Numbered from the stretch's first letter, positions 29,634 through 46,281 are shown. The stretch: 64,000 nucleotides of DNA from the human T2T-CHM13v2.0 reference genome, Homo sapiens (GCF_009914755.1 NC_060938.1), one strand, 5' to 3'. The notes: generated by a model not told the origin, from the letters alone. A program made the numbers and translations.

Positions 29634-31914
29634 ATCAGGAAAACAGGTGCTGGTAAGTTACTATTTTCCTCCTCCTTTCTTAAAACATCATTAAAGCATT
29701 TTGTATGTTAAACAAACAAACAAAAAATCCTGATCTGATGGGCTTTTGAATGAACTAGTCTTTTTCAGAGCCTATAGAAAAAAAAGAAAGGTCACCAGAG
29801 AGTTGTCCGTATAATTTGACTCATTAAGCACAAGATGTGAAAAGTCTCTGAATCCCAAGACTTTTGAGGAGAGAAAACAAAAAGCACAAACTCAAAATAA
29901 TAAAATGTGACAGATATATGATGAGATGGGTGCAATACCCAGGGGTCCTGTGTTCATTTTTACTGTGTCATTGGGCAAAACAAGTTACCATTTTATTTTA
30001 AAATGAAAGGAAAATGCATTTTGTCTGTCTCACTGAGCAAATTGTCTCATTTGAGCAGACCCAGGCTAGAGGCACTGTACCCAGGACTTTCTCCAACCTT
30101 CTTTTAGAAAAGGAGTTACCCAAATGAAGTTGTAATGAAGAAAACGGGACAAAGCAAATAATAATGAGTCTACAGCTGAGGTAATTTATCATGAGGGTTA
30201 TCATGATATTACATTTTCATGTAATACATTTGATATTTTTTTCCTACCCACGTTTGATGTGGACATTCAGGAAAATAAAATACATTTGTTTTGGCCTTGT
30301 ATTTTATCCTCTTCTTTAAGCAAACAAGAATAGTTTGCTTAGTGTGTATGTATCCTCTTCTTTAAGCAAACAAGAATGGTTTACAGAGTGTAAATATGCT
30401 TCATTTTACCACAAAGGATTGCTCTGGTGAAATGTACAACTTTTTATGAAGGGTTATATTTATCTCCTTTATACTCCAGTAAACAAAGCAGAACAAGCAC
30501 TAACGAGCATTAAACATACCCAGAATGTTGACTCTAAAATGTCGTATTTTCTTCTTGAAAAAAAAAAACAGTTCCTAGAAGAAATCTAACTGTAATTCTA
30601 ATATTATTTATATGCAGTTAAGGAAAGGCTTACAAACCTTGGTATTCAGTCATTTGCAACCCTGAACCATTTTCTAGAACTCACAATTTTTACAGAACCT
30701 GTTTCCCTATGAAGGGTCATTTCTTTTCCATTCTCAATTCTATATTTTTCAAGTAATGGTGCTTTTTGAAGTCAATTTTTCATTATATTGTGGTGGATTT
30801 TGCTTTTGTAGTTTTTAAAATCTATCAGTTAATCTTTTACTTTTGAGAATAAGTGGCATTCAAGCTATGGTAGGTTGACCTCAGTAGCTGAAAATCCAAT
30901 AGTTTAAAAATTGAGCTCATTTTTCATGAGACACAAGCCATGAACAATGTGATCAAAATGAAGTCGACATCCTGCAATTCTAACTTATTTTACCTGGTAA
31001 AAAAAAAAAAAAAGAAATGATTCTCCTCTGACCTCATTATTACTTCCTTTTATATCTGTGGATTTCAGGAAACTGCTGCAGATATTTGAGCAGAAAATGA
31101 TCTAAAAGGTCATTTGGCAATTTTTTTTTTTTTTTTTTTTTTTGCCAAGCGTATATCCTACACTGTCCCCAAACATGCAACATTTTTTATTTTATCACTT
31201 ATATATACTGTTACTGCCCTTTTATTGTTGTGGTTGTGGTTAGTACAACTATCTACTGAATTCTAAATTCTAAAGTGCTCTAAATTTTAAAATGAATTTA
31301 TTATTAGCCAAATAATTTTTATGGCCTATTAATATAGAGGACAGAACCAGCTTTATAAACCTAAATTTAATTTACTTATACTGCGATCACTCTGCTATAA
31401 AGAGTCAGACTCATTAACCTCCTCCACACTTTCAGCTCACTACTTAGGTTGACCGTGATGAGGGAGAAAGTTCTGGGGTAAAATGATCTATTTTCAAGCC
31501 TCCATTCATTTACTAATTGGGAAAGTCACTAAGCTTCTCTGGACCTCACTTGGCTCCTCTCTAAAGAAAAGGGTTGAACTAGACAGGTTCTGTTGCCCTT
31601 CTGAGACTAACACCCTTCATCACTACCACGTCAATCATTCCACAAGCCATTTTCACACTTACTAACATGGAGCTACAAGGCACGTTAGGCTGCGACCACC
31701 TTTAGTCTAAAAGGTACTGTCCTACTGTTGCCAAAGAAAGTTTAATCAAACTCAGCCCATTAGGTTGTGACTGATACTAATGTTCTCTGCTGAAATAGCA
31801 TTATTAGTTTTCATTAAGATTCACGTCTCATTAGTGACCCAATTTCCAAAGTTACCAAACAAAGGAAATTTCTCTTTAAAAATGCGAAAAGCAAAATATC
31901 TAAAACTGTTACTA

Positions 31915-32202
<288 letters not shown>

Positions 32203-32484
32203 CTAAAGAAGGTGAGAGACGAATAAGTGAAAAGGAAAGAGGAAGGGGCCACTTCAGAAAAACAATCATCCAACAAATATTTATTGACTATGACTATGTC
32301 TGCTACACTGCTACACACCTTGCTGGGTACTGGGAAGGCAAAGGGAACAAGACACAGCTCCGCTCTCAAGGAGGTAATAATCCACTGAGATGGGCTGATG
32401 AGCATATGGACCATGACAATGCAGAACTATGTAGTAAATGCTTTGAGAAGAGTATGGATCTCCCCTCAGAAAGAACACAGCCTT

Positions 32485-32787
32485 GGCTGGGCATGGTGGC
32501 TTCTGTAATTCCAGCACTTTGGGAGGCCAAGGCGGGTAGATCACTTGAGCTCAGTAGCTCGAGACCAGCCTGGGCAACATGGTGAAACCCTGTCTCTGCT
32601 AAAAAGACAAAAAAAACAAAAATTAGCTGGCCGTGGTGGTGCATGCCTGTAGTTCTAGCTACTTGGGAGGCTGAAGTGGGAGAATCACCTTATCCCAGGA
32701 GACAGAGATTGCAGTGAGCCAAGGTCGTGCCACTGCACTCCAGCCTGAGTGACAGAGCAAGACCTTATCTCAAAACAAAAACAAAAC
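32485..32787 (+). mobile_element. Alu (older, AluJ-like)
   Basis: Dimeric Alu with (CAAAA)n tail, about 280 bp from the exon acceptor. Confidence 0.92.
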
Positions 32788-35496
32788 AGTTTTGAGGTGG
32801 TCAAGAAGAGTCTCATAAAAAAGTTAATGTCATTTCATCAAAGAGTCAAGTAAAATAGGGCATGAACATTCATTTTAATCTAGCAGATGTTTCAGAATTT
32901 TTTTTATAACTAAATCAAAATTCCACATTGGAGGTGGATTCAGAAAACAAAATCAACAAAAGCACCCTGGCAACTTGACATACTGGCACTGGCAGACTAA
33001 CTCCACTCTTGATATATTTTTTTCACTCTGAAGATTTTCCTTTTACAAATAAATTCATGTCCAGGAAGGGACAAGGGTATTGACCAGCCTTCTGTAAGGC
33101 TTGGGTGGTTGGAAATGTCAGTGCTGGCAGGGTGGGTATGTTATTTTGTATGGCAGTCCTTGTTCATTCTGGTCTCTGACTTCTGAAGACTACTGCAGGC
33201 AGTAGCAGAATTCACGCTGTAGGCATCCTTTAAAAGAGGAAGCAAATGGCAGAAGTATGCTTATACAGCAAGGGGTAGAGAGCTTTTATTGGCTACAGCT
33301 TTCTGACAGGGTGATTAAAGACCCACATTAAAATGGACATTATCATCATATTTAATCAGAACATCGTGGAGCAAGATGTGATTGCGGAAGTTAATACCAC
33401 CCATTTTAAAGATGCAAGTGCAAACTCATTTAGAATCCTCCTCAAACCCCCTTTGTAAACTATTCTTTATAGCCAGAAATGATTTTCTTTGATCGGATTT
33501 CAATCCCTCAAAGCTGAAGCTAAATTGATTTACCCCATTAAGTTATACTGCATAATATTTTAATAAATATAAAATAGTTTTCTTTCCTCTACTAATTGCA
33601 TTTTAAGCTTTAAAAAATTTCCTAAGGCTTGAAAATGTCCCCTGACTATTCCTTTTATTTGGGGGTCACTATCAATGAAAACTGGGTTGCTTCCCTGTAG
33701 AGAAGACAAGCCCATCATAAATGCAAAAACCATTAATTAAATTATGCTTTCAGTATCCCTTCTCTTATCCTTTCTTAATGCTCTACATACATTTCACATT
33801 ATTTAATCATCTCTGGGTTTTTTTCATACTCCCTCAAATTTCTATAGGCAGCAGCAATCTGCTCACCCACCTTTCTGAAAAATCTGATCTTTGAGGAAAG
33901 GAATGCCTAACACAGCTTTAAAAGTAATTGACGCTGTTTTCACATCAGTTATTTTCTATAAGGCAATGTTTTATTTAATATATAAACCTTTACTGACTTT
34001 GGACAATATATTAGTCATTCTATAGGCACTTACTGAGCTTCCACAATGGGTCACATCACTGTGCTAAATCCTCAGAACTAGAAGGATAAGACACTGTGTT
34101 TGCCTCAGGTTAGCTAACCAGAAAGTGTGGGAGGTGGGCGTGTAAAGGGACAATTGCAATACAATGAAAAAAGTGGTATGATGGGAGCATGGCCAGAGTG
34201 ACATAAAAGCATGTGCTGCCTGTGAGTCTTTACTTAGAGGCAGCAAAAAAGGTCAGGCTCAAGAGGACGTAAGTCTGGGTTCAAAACTATCACAACCTTT
34301 GTAACCTGGAGCACCTTATTTAATTCCTCTAAACCTCATCTGTGAAATGGGGATAATGATAGTGCTTATATCTTAGGCTTATTGCAGAAATTAAATGAAA
34401 GGGCATGAGTTGAGCCTAGTTTAGCCTGGCACATAGCAAGGGCAGAGGAAATACTAGCTCTTATTATCACTACGGAACATCTGTCTTCCTACAGAGTTTA
34501 TTGTTGCTTAAACTCTCTACAAAAGCAATTTTCTTTTTTCACTTTCCACTCTGTCTGCAGTCTTCATCTGGACAGTTTGACTGGTTTCCAGACAGAATTA
34601 AGAAAATATTTCAGCACAAACCTGAAGATATTTTAAGCACTGATTAAGGTTAATATTTTTTTCCCAGTTGAAAATGAAATTAGCTCTAGAAGAACGAAAA
34701 AATTTAAATACATACACACATACACAAACATTACACTGAATACCTTAATGGAAAAATAGACTGCTCTATTTTGATCCATTTACCACATAGGACTTTCATT
34801 GTTTTCTATTCATTTTGGTAATAGTCATGTTATTTCCTTTTAATAATGTTTTTCAGGATTCATGTTGCAAATGAAATAGTCCAGTATTTGCAATATTCTC
34901 TGTTTATTGGCATGTCAAAAGAGGATTTTATTACATTATGAGTACACCTTTCCTTTTTTGTTTCACTTAACATATGACACTAATTGATTTATTATTTTGA
35001 TTGATGGTATCTACTTATATCCAGATATCAAAAAGTGACAAGGTAAAACTAAATGCTAAAAAGATCAACCAAAGTCACACCCACTGGCAAGCACCTTCCT
35101 TCTCCAACCTTAGACAGAGCATGTGTGTTACATGATGTTTTTGTCATCAAAATATAAGTATCTTGTTATTTACTCTGGAAATGAAATGTTAATCACAGTC
35201 TTAGCCAAGGCAAAACTTGGTTTTAAGGGATGGAGTAAAATTATCATTCAAGACCTGGCCCACTGGTCTCACTTTCCATGTATTCTGCCTTGAATATCAG
35301 ATCCAATTTATTGTAGGTAGGTTTCCTAATGAGGATTTCATAGTTACAAACAAATAAAATTATATTTCAGAAGAAAATACTTAGGTTAAAAGTGACTTTT
35401 GTTTGTTTTCAGAGTTGTTTGTCCCCTCTTTGCAACAGAATATTAATAAATTAGACTCGTTAAGATGAGCAATAAATTTTCTTGTAAGAGCTATGG

Positions 35497-38400
35497 TGTC
35501 AGAGGCATGTGAACCAGAACAACTCCATCTTGAATAGGTGCTGGGTAAAATGAGGCTGAAAGCTACTGGGCTGCATTTCCAGACAGTTAAGGCATTCTAA
35601 GTCACAGGATGAGATAGGAGGTTGGCACAAGATACACCTCGTAAAGACCTTGCTGATAAAACAGGTTGCAGTAAAGAAGCTGGTCTACCAAAACCAAGAT
35701 GGCCACGGAGTGACCTCTGATTGTCCTCACTACTACACTCCCATCAGCACCATGACAGTTTACGAATGTCATGGCAACGTCAGAAAGTTATCCAATATGG
35801 TCTAAAAAGGGGAGGCATGAATAACCCACCCCCTGTTTAGCATATCATCAAGAAATAACCATAAAAATGGGCAACTAGCAGCCCTTGGGGCTGCTCTATG
35901 GAGTAGCCATTCATTTATTCCTTTACTTTCTTAATAAACTTGCTTTCACTTTGTACTGTGGACTTGACCTGAATTCTCTCCTGTGTGAGATCCAAGAACC
36001 CTCTCTTGGGGTCTGGATCGGGACCTCTTTCCTGTAACATATTTCTGGCAACCACAGAAGGGACTATAGTGCAGAAACCCTGACCCAACAGCTACCTTTG
36101 GGTAAGTGTTGGGGTCCTGTAACATATTTCTGGTGAACTACAGAAGGGACGATACTGAAGAAACCACCCTCCCTACAAAGGAAGCAGACCGCAGCACTGA
36201 CTGGATAACTTTGGGTAAGTGGTGGGCTACCCAGATAAAGAATGGGATTGGGTTAGAGGCTCAACTTAGGGGAGTTAGAGTCTCTCCCAAGACAGAGTGG
36301 GTTAGAGGCACCTCTTAATAAAAGGCAAGGATGCCTGACTGACATTGGGTTAGAGGCCCAACTTAGGAGGGTTAGAGTCCCTTCTAAGATTTAGGGGGTT
36401 AGAGGCCCCTCTTGGTAAAGTCCCTCTCAGCTAAGAACAGGTTTGGCACTATGGGATGTTAACTGCTATTCTCTTTGGATTAATCTGCCTTGCTCTCTTT
36501 GCTGATGGCTGTGGGTGACAGGGTTAGGCATGTACAGGATTGTGGGATATGGGGAGGTTTTTCCTCCCTGAAAGGGGAAACTTGAGAGCTGACAGGATTG
36601 CTGGAAAAGATCCCTTTGCTACCAAGAAGCAGCTGCCTGAACTTTTCAGTGTCACTGCAATGGGAAGGTCTTTCTCTGGCCTCCCTGATCATTTTGCCTT
36701 CCCCACACTGCACAGGCAATGCTTTTCTCTCTCTCCTTTCCCTTTCTTATCATTTCTATTACTCAGGGTGACCATCTTGCCCAGAGACCACTTGTTGAAA
36801 CTCCAAGTCAGAGGTTGGATTAGACTCTGTCAAAGAAAACAAAAAATAAAAAACATGAACCTAAACACAGTAACCCAAATAATAACTCAGAAACTTGCAT
36901 ATGAAAAATCTGACAACTACTCTAGTAACCTTCTGTCTTTCTGTGTAGCTATATATATGTTGTATGTAATGTTTATATAAAAGAGCTCTAATTAATTGGC
37001 TGAAACAAAAATAAGCACTTCAATATTCTGAAAGCAAAATAAAAAACTATAATGCCTTTTAGTTCATGTAACTTTAGTAATATTTGCAAAATAAAAACAG
37101 CTTTAAAAATTATTAATAAAATAAAAACATTTAGTCTAAATTATGCAGGTCAGATATTAAGTTTGCTAAATGCTTTAAGGTCATAAACTGCTTCTTGAAC
37201 TTTTAAAAATTGTTAAATTTACCTACCTTAAAGCCATTAGATTATAGATAAGACCTGGGGACATGTGGAATTCGCCATGCCCCCTAGCTATACAAAGATT
37301 ATAAAGAAAGAGATTTTATATAAAAAAGGATCTTGTACCGTAAATTCTTGTCCTAAAGTAAAATGACTGGTTGTTTAAAAGGAGGGATGTTTAGAGCAAG
37401 TCAGAAAGTCCAAGAATGTCTCAGATGGTCTGTGTAAGCTGCGAAAGGATTTGTTAAAGGGAATTTATGCAAAAAATGTTGTACAATTTAAAGGTTGTTA
37501 GGCCTCCTAAATGCTTCATAAAATGACACTATAACTCTTACTGTACAACTTGCCTTCTTAAGTAAGGTAAGGCCTAGGGACGTGTGGAGTTAGTCATGCC
37601 CCCTAGCTATGCTGGAGAGTTGGTTCTTATCTGCACTTCTGCCTGGTATATCTCAGGCTAGGCTCCACACCTAGTACATGATTAAAATTGCTTACCAACC
37701 AGGGTTTTCACCAAAAGTAAAAGTCACTAAAAGTTAATAACATAACATGTAATTGAGACTACTGAAGATACAGTTTTACATGTAAGGTGTGTAAGGAAAG
37801 TGGAATGGACTTTTGGTAAAAGATTCTAAGAAGGCCTGGGAATGTGGATTTTTTTGTGTGTAAAGGGTGTTTTAAGTTAGATAGAATAAAGCTAAAGATT
37901 TAAACAGGTTGTGGAAGGTTTATAAAAATTAACTGTAAAAGATTCTGTGTGTAAACATATTGGCTAAAGTTAAAGAGGTATTATTCAGTTTTTCTGTAAA
38001 TTAAACATTGGAATAGAAGCACAACAGGTTTTTCTTAGAGCACTGATCTGCTCTTTCACAAAAAAATGTAAAGGGTTATAAAAGGTTTATAAGAATCTAA
38101 CCTTATGGTTAAACATTAAAATTGAGTTAATATGTCTATAAAGTTTTATGAAAAATTCAGTTTAACATTAATAGTACATTATTATAAAGGTGAAGTTTGG
38201 CTTATTTGGTATAAAAATCATACAGGAAGCATTATCAAATGTGAAATGGTGTTTTGCTTTCTTTGGACTGTATTTGCATAAATATGTTACTGGTATATGT
38301 TCCAAAGTTATGGGAAACTCCTGTAATTCTAATATGACTTAGTGTATGTTATTAATAATTATAATTGTTATGTAAAACTGTGTATGCCACAGAAGTAACC

Positions 38401-40646
38401 AAAGTTCCTTATCAATTGTGGCTTTAATTGTGGCTGTCCTAAAACTTTTTATCATCCACAGTCAACTGTTGCCTTGTTTTAATCCTCTTTAGAAGGTGGT
38501 TTGTAATAAACTATAGAACTCTAGCAGGTGTTCTTAAACACAGGTTTCTAATACCTTTGGAAATTGTAACATTAGAATAGAGAAAATAACTTTCAGAACT
38601 CTCATGAAGAGCTGGAACGTTCATGAATATCAAACAGAACAGGAGTTAATTGAATTAACTTAACCAATAGAAAACTTTTTAACTTTGCTTAAAACGTTGC
38701 TGAGCCTTTGTTTTGTTTTTCAGAGTCAAAGAATCTTTTCTTTTGAGCTATTTACAGCTTGTAGCAATTGAGCAAAGTATACTGCTGTGAACAAAATTTA
38801 GAACATATTTGTTTCTCTCTAACTGATTTCTCCAGAATTTGGAAACTAGTTATGAGTATTCTTAACTTATGGCAATATAGTTATTTGCTTAAGTGCAATA
38901 AGAATCTGTTTTATTTTGTAACAGGACACAACTGGAGAAATTGGTTATTTTACCAAGACTTTGACTGGAATGGTTTGCTTTCCTTTAAGGAATCAAACTT
39001 GACTTGTAGAGCCAATAAAAGCCCTTTGGGGAACTAGCCTCATACCTTGCCTACACAGTCCCTTTACAGGGTTTCTGACCTATGGTAAGTAAAGAATGTC
39101 ACTTTCTCACAGGTCCAGGAGCCACAGGTTATCGTGGAACCTCAAAAGGAGAGGAATTTACTCAACTCATAGGTATTTGAGGGTACAAACCCATGGCAGG
39201 GCTTGGCTTTAAAAAAGTCTTATATGAGATTCCTTATGAAACAGAGTTCTATCAAAGCCAATTAAGAAGCTTATGTGAAATATAATTATTCTTGCTGAAC
39301 TTTATACAAATTATCACGCCAAGTCTAATAAAGCAAATCAGTCTTACCGGAATTTGTCTTTAGTAAAAATGAGAAACTGGAGAGAGAAATATTATTTTTC
39401 AAGAACTATGGTACACGTATTACTAAATTCTAGTCTCAGTAGTTGTTTTTAAGTTTGTTTCTGCAATTTAGGCTAACCCTGCTCATTCCTGTGAACCAAC
39501 CAATGATCTCTGACTGCTGTTTAGAAGAAACAAGAGGGATGGGTAATATAAAAACCTGGATCAGTATTCTAATTCTGGGCATATTACAATCAGCTAACAA
39601 GCCCATATCAGCTTAGTTCCAACAGTTGCCTAGTTCATGAAAAGTCTTCTAATTTAGTTTACCTGGAATAACTTTATTCATTTTGCTTTGCCCTTGTGGA
39701 ATATATTACTGTTATACTCTTTGTGTAGGAATACAGAACAAGCTTACTGAATGATTCCTTAAACTAAACACTTATCAATCTTCCAGATATCACCTCTTGT
39801 CGAAACTCAAGAGTTATAAATGGCCCTCGCCATACTGATGTTTTCTGACTAAGCTCCTCTTTACCTGAACACAAGAGACCCTAATAGTTAGGCAGGAATA
39901 TCATCACCCCTATTAAGCCTGAAGACATTACAGAAGGTGGATCTTCATCCCTCTGCAACCCTTATGATTAAGGGTTCTCTTATAAAGGGGAGGGGGAAAT
40001 GTCAGAGGGATGCGAACTAGAACAAGTCCATCTTGAATAGGAGCTGGGTAAAATGAGGCTGAGACGTACTGGGCTACACTTCCAGAGAGTTAAGCCATTC
40101 TAAGCCACAGGATAAGATAAGAGGTTGGCACAAGATACAGGTCATAAAGACCTTTCTGATAAAATAGCTTGCAGTAAAGAAACTGGCTAAATCCTACCAA
40201 AACCATGATGGCCACAAGAGTGACCTCTGATCATCCTCACTACTACACTCCCATCAGTGCCATGACAGTTTACAAATGCGATGTCAATGTCAGGAAGTTA
40301 CTCTATATGGTCTAAAAAGGGGAAGCATGAATAATCCACCCCTTGTTTAGAATATCATCAAGAAATAACCATAAAAATGGGCAATCAGCAGCCCTCAGGG
40401 CTGCTTTGTGTATGGAGTAGCCATTCTTTCACTCCTTTACTTTCTTAATAAACTTGCTTAATAAGTCACAGTTTGTAATGTGGACTCGCCCTGAATTCTT
40501 TCTTGCAGGAGATCCAAGAACCCTCTCTTGGGGTCTGAATCAGGACCGCTTTCCTGTAACATATTTCTGGTGACCACAGAAGGGACTGTAGTGCAGAAAC
40601 CCTGACCCAACGGCTATCTTTGGGTAAGTGTTGGGGTCCTGTAACA
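35497..40646 (+). mobile_element. MER41A (ERV1) provirus: 5' LTR, non-coding internal region, 3' LTR; antisense to KCNH5
   Basis: LTR cores 35497-36039 and 40000-40561 (TGTCAGAGG...CCTGTAACA); PBS-like TGGCAACCACAGAAGGGAC; polypurine tract AAAGGGGAGGGGGAAA at 39984-39999; flanks ATGG / ATGA. Confidence 0.92.
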
Positions 40647-43600
40647 ATGACAGTATGTAAGAAACCATTTTTCAGAATTCTGCAAAACAACCCTGGGGAA
40701 AAAAAAATGAATGTCATGGTCTGAAAAAGAAAACCTTTTTCAAATTCTTTATGATATTCACTAAACCCAAAGTCAAGAGGTATCTTAGCAAATATTCTCA
40801 AGCTCCAAAGATGTAACCTCCACATTTTGACTACAGAACTCTTAGTGAAACACATATATTATCATGTCATCTCTGTTTTCTTAAAATATCTGATGGCTTG
40901 CTTCCCCACCAACTACAGCCAAAGTCCTAACCAAGCATACAGGGCTCTTTATGGTGGAATCCTGCTCCAATCTTACTACCGTCCTCCAACCATGCCTTCC
41001 AATAACATCACCTTTCTCACCACCTAAGCTTGCCATGTTCTCCCATTACTCTTTGCCTTCACACATGCTTTTCCTTTTTACTGGCATGTCCCATCTTCCC
41101 TTTCTCTGTCTAGTCATCACTGATTTATCTGTCAAAGCACAGATTATCCTTCTTTCTACCATGAATACAGTATAGACACAGCTTTCTCATAGAATTTAGT
41201 AATACATAGAAGAAAATGAGAGTAAGAGGTGTTGTAATTTGTTGTTGTTGTTTTTAAATAATAACCAGAAATAGTAACACAGAATTATCAATAGATATTT
41301 CAGACTTGGTTTCAACCATAAAATCATTCTTTACTTTTTTTAATGAACACCTTCCTTTATGCTCAACATATAAATTAGATATAAGCAGAATTATGCTGAC
41401 AGAAGCTTCGCTGGAAAGGCAGACTCCCAGGCAGGATTGCTTAGAGCACATTCAGTCATTCATTTAGCTGATGATTATTAAGCACTGGTTACGTGTTAGT
41501 TATGTGCCTGGTACTATACAGGCCCTCCAGATCCATCAGCAAAAACTCTTATTGAGCCTGCTCCCCTGAAGCATCCAATTAGGCATGGTTTGAAAAGTCA
41601 CTGTTCCTAGTTCACTGCCATTTTACAGATAAAGTGAATGTGTCTCATAAAGGTTATGTGACTTGCTCAAGTCCTCTCAACAAATTACTAGCAAAACCCC
41701 AAACTCTTGAGTTCCAGCTATTAAGCTACGCTCCTTCGTGAAGCTCAACCAGGAAAAAAATATAATATCTGGTACCTTCTCATGTTTTCTGGTTCTCTGT
41801 ACTAAAAAAATTAAAATGCTGATTTTTGAAAATTATTTAAGGTCCAATTGATCAAATCTATAGTTTATTTATTAGGAAACCATAAATGCCCCGCCACTGC
41901 CATAGAACAGCCTAAATTTCATTGCCAATTTATTTCCATCTTTAAGCACCTTTTAATTTCAGCTCCAACAAATGTATCACATACTTCAATATGTTGATAA
42001 AGACATAGGATTCACTGTTAAGTTGTTATATCACATTACTACTCACCCAGAGGAAGACATCTTATTTGAAACACAAGTTTTATTGTATACATGAAAAGGA
42101 CCTGAGCCAGAGGTTAGCATTTGATAAATGTTACTTTCCTTGGGTCCCTTCCCTCTATCACTTTCATGCACTATGGTATCAATAATGTCACAAAACCTTA
42201 GAAGATAAGGGAGTCTAAATATGATAATTAACAGAGAAGGCAATAAATTAAACCAAAATCCTCTAAAGAAATGGTTGACTAGAGAGAGTCAAAGAAAGAA
42301 GGCTTTATCTTCTCACTCGTTCTTTGAATATACTTAAAATGCTTTTTAATATTTATTATATAAAATATGGAAAATAAAAATCATAGAGGAAAAAACTCTT
42401 CCATTATTTACACTTATCTATGTGTAGATACCATCGTTACAAAACTTCAAACTCTACTATTTTATTTCTTGCTATAATGACTCATTATCACATTATAATC
42501 AATTCCTATGCTATGAAATACATATTTTAAAACCAAATTTCAATCCTTGTACAATATCCCATCAAATATTTATGGCACAATTAATTTAACCAGTACATTA
42601 TAATTGGATATCAAGATTTCCAGTATTCCCTTTCATAAATCAAGTTACAACAAATAACCTTGTACCTATATCAGATTGTCTAAGCACAAATTTTTAGAAG
42701 AAAAATTAGTAGGTAAAATGCCAAAACATCTTTAAGGCTGTCGCCAAACTGCATCCTAGAAAAGGTAAACCAAATTACACTCTAACCAACTGTGTATGAG
42801 AGTATGTTGCATGTTCTTAATAATATCTCTCTTTAATCTTCCAAATGCATTTGAAAGAGGAATGGCAATTTCACCTGAAACAAAAGTAGAATTGTATAGT
42901 GTAATGAGGCAGAATCTGGGAGATCTTTAGTCTTAGTGAAGTTATTCTACTACCACTACCCTCTAGCTCAGTGTTCACAGACTGAACACTATTAATGAAG
43001 CTATAACAAATTTCTAATGTGCAAATGGGGATAATGAGGATAATTTCACTTTAAGTGCCTGAAGGTAGTAAACTAAACAAGGCTTCTTCTTGAGGTCTTT
43101 TACTGCTCTAAGTTATTGTATTGATTATCTATAAAATCCTTCTTCAGGAATAATTCAGTATCAGCTATTTCTAATAATAATGAATAAGTTAAATGATCCC
43201 TCTATTTTTAGGACAAAGGAATAAATGCATTAATGACATTTTGATAGACATTGGAGCTACCACCAAATCTCTCCTTCTTTTGACACAATTAAGTTATGCA
43301 CTGTTAATTAATCTCTCTTCATGAATCTAATGGAGCTGGTATTATTAAGTCAGTGAAAGCCAGTGGAGAGAGTCAGGCAAGTGACATTTGCACATAAAAT
43401 ATTTTTACAATCCTTCCTGGGAATGAGGAGCTTAAGTAGCTCTTTACAGGAATTTAATTCTCATTCATTTCTTGGGAAGAAAAGAAAGCTCACCTTTATA
43501 TTTAAAGGAAATAAAAAGTATAACCAGGCAGTCATGCAGTCATGCCAAGCAAAAGGAAGTTGCTCTCTGGATGTCACTCTGACAATCTCTAGGGGTGTCA

Positions 43601-44177
43601 AAACCTCCAAGGAAATAACCCAGGAACAATGTAGTGAATAAAACCAAACCAAATTAACTTCCATTATTTAAAAATAAAAGGTCATATTTAGCAATAAAAG
43701 GCTGCCGCAACCAGTGAAGTATTATAGGTTAAACCTCATTGGTTTCACTTTAGAGATAAAGTTCCTGTGACTAGACTTCATATATAAAAATGAGACCTAA
43801 AGTTTTTGCTTCAGAATCATCGTGAACCAATTCTACCAGGTTTTTCACAATATTAGTTTTGCAGTAACAACAAACAGCAATTGTTACCATTTTTTAACTT
43901 GTTAGGCAGCAAATGTCTTGGGCCACTGGCTTTCCAAAGGCAGGGCTTTGATGAAATTTAGAGCTTCTACTGTGCTTTGCTCTTAATCTCGTGTCTTTAC
44001 TGTCTTACAGGCAGATATTTGACTAAATAACAGTGCTTTTACATACCTGTGAAAGTATTTTCTAAAATTAGAAATATACTTTTAAGTGTATTTACTGCCC
44101 AGAAAAATACAAACAATATTGTTTTCTACTGGCCATGATCTTTTTAGTCCCCATGACAAGTGATGTTCCCATCCTTA

Positions 44178-45290
<1,113 letters not shown>

Positions 45291-46281
45291 TATAAACAAA
45301 GTTACCTATTAAACAAACAGGTAGTATTTAAAGAGAAAAAATAAATACATGAAACAGAAATTAGAGATGCCAAATAAATTATTTCTTGGAATGACTGTGA
45401 TTTTGAAAGTTGATGTTTAAATCTACCAGTCTTCCAATAGAGAGAGCAAAGTAAAGTAAGCTGTCTTTCCAAATTATTTATACAATTTAAGACATATACA
45501 CACACACACAAAACACCAACTGTAGAAAGTAAAGGTAGTCAAAATAGGTCACAGAGTAGTAAATGAAGTAAAGAATATATTGATTGATTATATTTTTTAT
45601 ATTACTTCTAAATCCAAAAAGAATTTGAGAGTTGATGGTATAAAAGAATATATATATATTCAGATACATACATACATATTCTCATATGCCATATGTGTGT
45701 ATATTCATGTGTCTGTGTGCATATAGATTTTTTAAATCAAGTATATATAAAATAACAGCTACAAAGTTATCTTGAAAAGATTGGGAAATTATTAAGTGTA
45801 AGAAAAGCTAAACAAGATAAAACAAAATATAGTTCAGCAATTGAAATCATATTCAAACATTTTTTCACAACACTAACACTTACATAGGTTATAGATTTAT
45901 ATAAGTATATCAGTGTGTATATGTATACATGTACATATATCAGCGTGTATGTGTGAAAAAATATATATATATCAGTGTATGTATGTGTAAACTGACTATG
46001 TAAAATAAAATCAGAAATCTTTCAAAGAGTACAAGCTCTTCCTTTCACTCTCCCACTATGCTGACACTTAACAAAGCAGACCCTGATCGATATGTTTTCA
46101 TTTAGTAAAGCCTGTTACATTATTAGTTATAGTTGAAATAGGATAGCAATATTTGACTGAGCTTTCTGGTAAATTAAACTCTTCATTATAAGTAAAGTTT
46201 GCCTCAGGAATTTAGTCCTCTGGAACCACTGAAATAGACAAAAAAGTATAGTTATTTAAATATTTATATGCACAAGTATGC

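Noticed and set aside
30305-30396. 46-bp tandem duplication (similar small duplications near 16075 and 50452)
   Set aside because: Ordinary slippage duplications; two copies only and no spacer-repeat organisation.
31114-31148. TTGGCAA-(T)n-TTGCCAA hairpin or terminator-like motif
   Set aside because: The 7-bp stem overlaps the T run and is compatible with chance.
35780-35830. MER41 LTR as an interferon-inducible STAT1 enhancer
   Set aside because: The tandem GAS motifs described for MER41B are not visible in this part of the LTR; it is the MER41A type.
36540-36980. 146-aa ORF, the longest in the window
   Set aside because: It lies in the MER41 internal leader and has no recognisable gag, pol or env motifs.
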